From an uncultured delta proteobacterium (GTDB taxonomy: Bacteria; Myxococcota_A; Polyangia; Polyangiales; Polyangiaceae): a stretch of DNA of 64,000 bases. The DNA lies in assembly GCA_963716725.1 (NCBI GenBank), contig CAVQUB010000008.1, positions 128,001 to 192,000 of the forward strand, given 5' to 3'. The translations under genes were made by a program, and so were the position numbers. This document shows positions 61,911 through 64,000 of this stretch, piece by piece. Positions within the stretch are counted from its first letter, which is position 1; each line of letters begins with the position of its first letter. Below the pieces are notes generated by a model, which saw only the letters and a list, made by a program, of their open reading frames with translations, had not been told where the DNA came from and searched no databases.

Positions 61911-62345
61911 TCAGTGGGTGACTGCCGGTCGCGGCGTGTGCTCGACGATCGACACCGGCCAGGCGGCGGGGTCACGTTGCCACTCGCCGCTGCCGTCCTC
62001 GCGCAGATCGACTCGGAGCTCGTAGTTGCCGACCACCGGCGGCACCGGCAGTCCGAGCGAACGCGTGCGAAAGCGCGGTGTCGCCGATTTGAACTCGAAT
62101 GGCTCGGTGTAAGACTCGAGCGCGACGTCACTCACCATGGCGAGGCGCACGTGAAACGTCCGTTGGATCTCCTTCGGCGCGATCAAGAAGTAGGCGTGGA
62201 GCTCGAGCGGCAAGAATCCGCCGGGTGGCTGCGGTGCGTTCGGAGGGATGTTCAGCTGCTCGACGAGATTGAACAGCGTGACGTTGTTCGAGTGCTGGTC
62301 CAGTGAAGAACCGCTCGAGACGGCGAGCAAGTAACAGCGGGGCAC
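61911..62345 (-). CDS. Hypothetical beta-sandwich protein
   Basis: 3' part of ORF 61911-62870: YLLAV..SSLDQ.SNNVTLFNLVE...G.YELRV; start set to GTG 62345. Confidence 0.65.
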   Translation of the reverse strand: MPRCYLLAVSSGSSLDQHSNNVTLFNLVEQLNIPPNAPQPPGGFLPLELHAYFLIAPKEIQRTFHVRLAMVSDVALESYTEPFEFKSATPRFRTRSLGLPVPPVVGNYELRVDLREDGSGEWQRDPAAWPVSIVEHTPRPAVTH

Positions 62346-62347
62346 GC

Positions 62348-63082
62348 TCAGCGCCGTAGTAGCGTCGCGAGCCAGCGTCGAGTGGTCTCGCCTTCGAGGC
62401 TCAGGATCGAGTCGAAGAGCGGGATGCGCTCGGGGCACACCTCGACGCAAACCCGCGCCTTGCCGCACTTCGCCACGCCGCCGGCGTTCATGCTGGCGTC
62501 GAGGCGGGCGGGCTTTCGGGGTCCACCCGCCGAGAGCTCGTTGGCGAGCCGCGCCTCGTTGAGCGCAGCGGCACCCACGAAGCGCTTGCCGGAGGTCTCG
62601 GGGCAGGCCTCGAAGCAGGCCCCGCAATTCGTGCAGCGATCGATCTCCGACAATGCGAAGGTCGTGAGAGGCGCCGCGGCCGGGGGCTCGTCGAGCCAGG
62701 CGCCGAGCCGCTGCCCGGCGTCGCGCAGGGGGCTGCGGTCGACGATCAAATCGCGGATCAGGGGGAACTTCGACATCGGTGCGAGCACGATGGGGCCGCG
62801 CTTCGGTCGCACGCTCTCGACCGAAGTGCGGCACGCGACGGCTGCGTGCGCGTTCACCAAGATCGTGCATGCGCTACAGCGAGCCGCCCGACACGCAGAC
62901 TCGAAGGCGACCGGCGCGACCTGGTGTCCCTCGGTGGTCACAGGGTCGTCGGCGATAGCGTGCAGCAGAGTCGCGACGCTGTCTCCGCTTCGAATCTCGA
63001 CCGAGAAGTCTTCGAAGCGTCGGCTCTCGAGCGCACCGGGCGAGTCCTGACGCTGCACGCGGACCACGACTCTCTGGCTCAC
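62348..63082 (-). CDS. Succinate dehydrogenase/fumarate reductase Fe-S subunit-like
   Basis: CRAARCSAC...AC, FPLIRDLIVDRS, CTNCGACFEACP, CGKARVCVEVCP. Confidence 0.9.
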   Translation of the reverse strand: MSQRVVVRVQRQDSPGALESRRFEDFSVEIRSGDSVATLLHAIADDPVTTEGHQVAPVAFESACRAARCSACTILVNAHAAVACRTSVESVRPKRGPIVLAPMSKFPLIRDLIVDRSPLRDAGQRLGAWLDEPPAAAPLTTFALSEIDRCTNCGACFEACPETSGKRFVGAAALNEARLANELSAGGPRKPARLDASMNAGGVAKCGKARVCVEVCPERIPLFDSILSLEGETTRRWLATLLRR

Positions 63083-64000
63083 GTGCCCTCCTTTTCCGCG
63101 ATGCGCCGTGCGAGCACCAGCGCAGCCTCGAAATCCCACCAGGCACGGAGCTCGGTATTGGCGGCGCGCGAGCGGTCGCGCAGGTGAACCTTCGCGGCCC
63201 GCTCTTCGATGTCGTCCAGAGTGCCCTTCAGCTCACCTCGAGCCACCACTGTTCTGAGGCGCTGACTCGCGGCATGAAGGGCATCGCCCTGGTCGTTGCG
63301 GGACAGCAGCGACGCCAGCGCGGTCTCGGCGCGCTTCCGGGCCGCCTTCGAACTCTTGTGCAGATCCTTCTCCCGGGAGCCGTCGCGGTAGCCTCCGATG
63401 GCGTCGGCCACGCGGGTCGAACCGTGAAGCGCGGCGAGCAGCGGCGTGCCCGGGAGCGTTCCGGCGCCGAAGTAGGCGCCGATCACCCCGCCCACGGCGT
63501 AGAGCCCCGGGACGGCGGTCGCGTGGTCCGTCGAGACCTCGAGCCCGCCCAGGGTGCGATCCGGCGCGGCCATCACCACGATGGGCTCCGAATAGGGATC
63601 GGCGCCTGCGGCCTGCGCGTAGGCCTCGAGGGCGGAGCCCGCGGCGCGGCGCAGCGGCGCGCGGTCGAGCCGGGTGAGGTCGAAGAGGCCCGCGTCGAGG
63701 TCGGCGTTCATGCTTTCGAGTCGACGCGGCAGTCGGCGCACGAAGCCGGCGGCTCGGTAGCAGAGCGGATGCACGCTCACGCTTCCTGGCGCCACCACGC
63801 TCGCGCCACGTCGCAACGCGAGCCCCGTGACTCCGCCGAGGCCGCCCGGCGCGAGCGTATCGTGCATGAAGAGCCCGGTGTGACCGCCGCTCGCCAGGCA
63901 GACGCCGTTGGCTTCGAAGCTGCGGAGCTCACCGGTCGCGAAGCACTGCGCGACCACGCCGCAGGCACTTCCGTCGTCGTCGAGGACGAGATCGACCACG
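63079..64000 (-). CDS. Degenerate SdhA/FrdA flavoprotein-like protein, 5' end outside window
   Basis: DLV...CGVVA...TGE...VCLASGG, HP, LGGL.V...T.VPGLYAVG; GTGA overlap with Fe-S subunit. Confidence 0.8.
   Translation of the reverse strand, partial: VVDLVLDDDGSACGVVAQCFATGELRSFEANGVCLASGGHTGLFMHDTLAPGGLGGVTGLALRRGASVVAPGSVSVHPLCYRAAGFVRRLPRRLESMNADLDAGLFDLTRLDRAPLRRAAGSALEAYAQAAGADPYSEPIVVMAAPDRTLGGLEVSTDHATAVPGLYAVGGVIGAYFGAGTLPGTPLLAALHGSTRVADAIGGYRDGSREKDLHKSSKAARKRAETALASLLSRNDQGDALHAASQRLRTVVARGELKGTLDDIEERAAKVHLRDRSRAANTELRAWWDFEAALVLARRIAEKEGT

Overview
High-GC chromosomal window whose gene content (MYXO-CTERM tails, GltF/GltG-like gliding proteins, Cys/Gly-rich lipoproteins, Ser/Thr kinase with PEGA domain, Uma2 nuclease) points to a myxobacterium. 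It is a mosaic of housekeeping genes (rplU-rpmA, gshB, ggt, pip, ALDH, copZ-csoR-copA) and accessory surface/secreted genes. No rRNA, tRNA, CRISPR array or transposase was recognised. Main findings: (1) a five-gene type III secretion translocon-like cassette (filament/tip, TPR chaperone, SctE-like, SctB-like; 12.2-15.3 kb) with no injectisome genes in the window, divergent from a GltF/GltG-like operon; (2) an operon of NuoH/NuoL/NuoM paralogues that have lost the proton-pumping residues and gained extracytoplasmic domains, downstream of an orphan ABC ATPase (27-34 kb); (3) a (CGCA)7 repeat placing the start codon of a HEXXH metalloprotease out of frame with its lipoprotein signal peptide (candidate phase-variation switch); (4) a Uma2 gene bracketed by a degenerate copy of the neighbouring sulfatase 3' end; (5) further pseudo-enzymes (histidine kinase, SdhA-like). 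The first ~4.6 kb has many frameshifts, probably sequencing indels. All family calls come from motif recognition by eye, not database searches.
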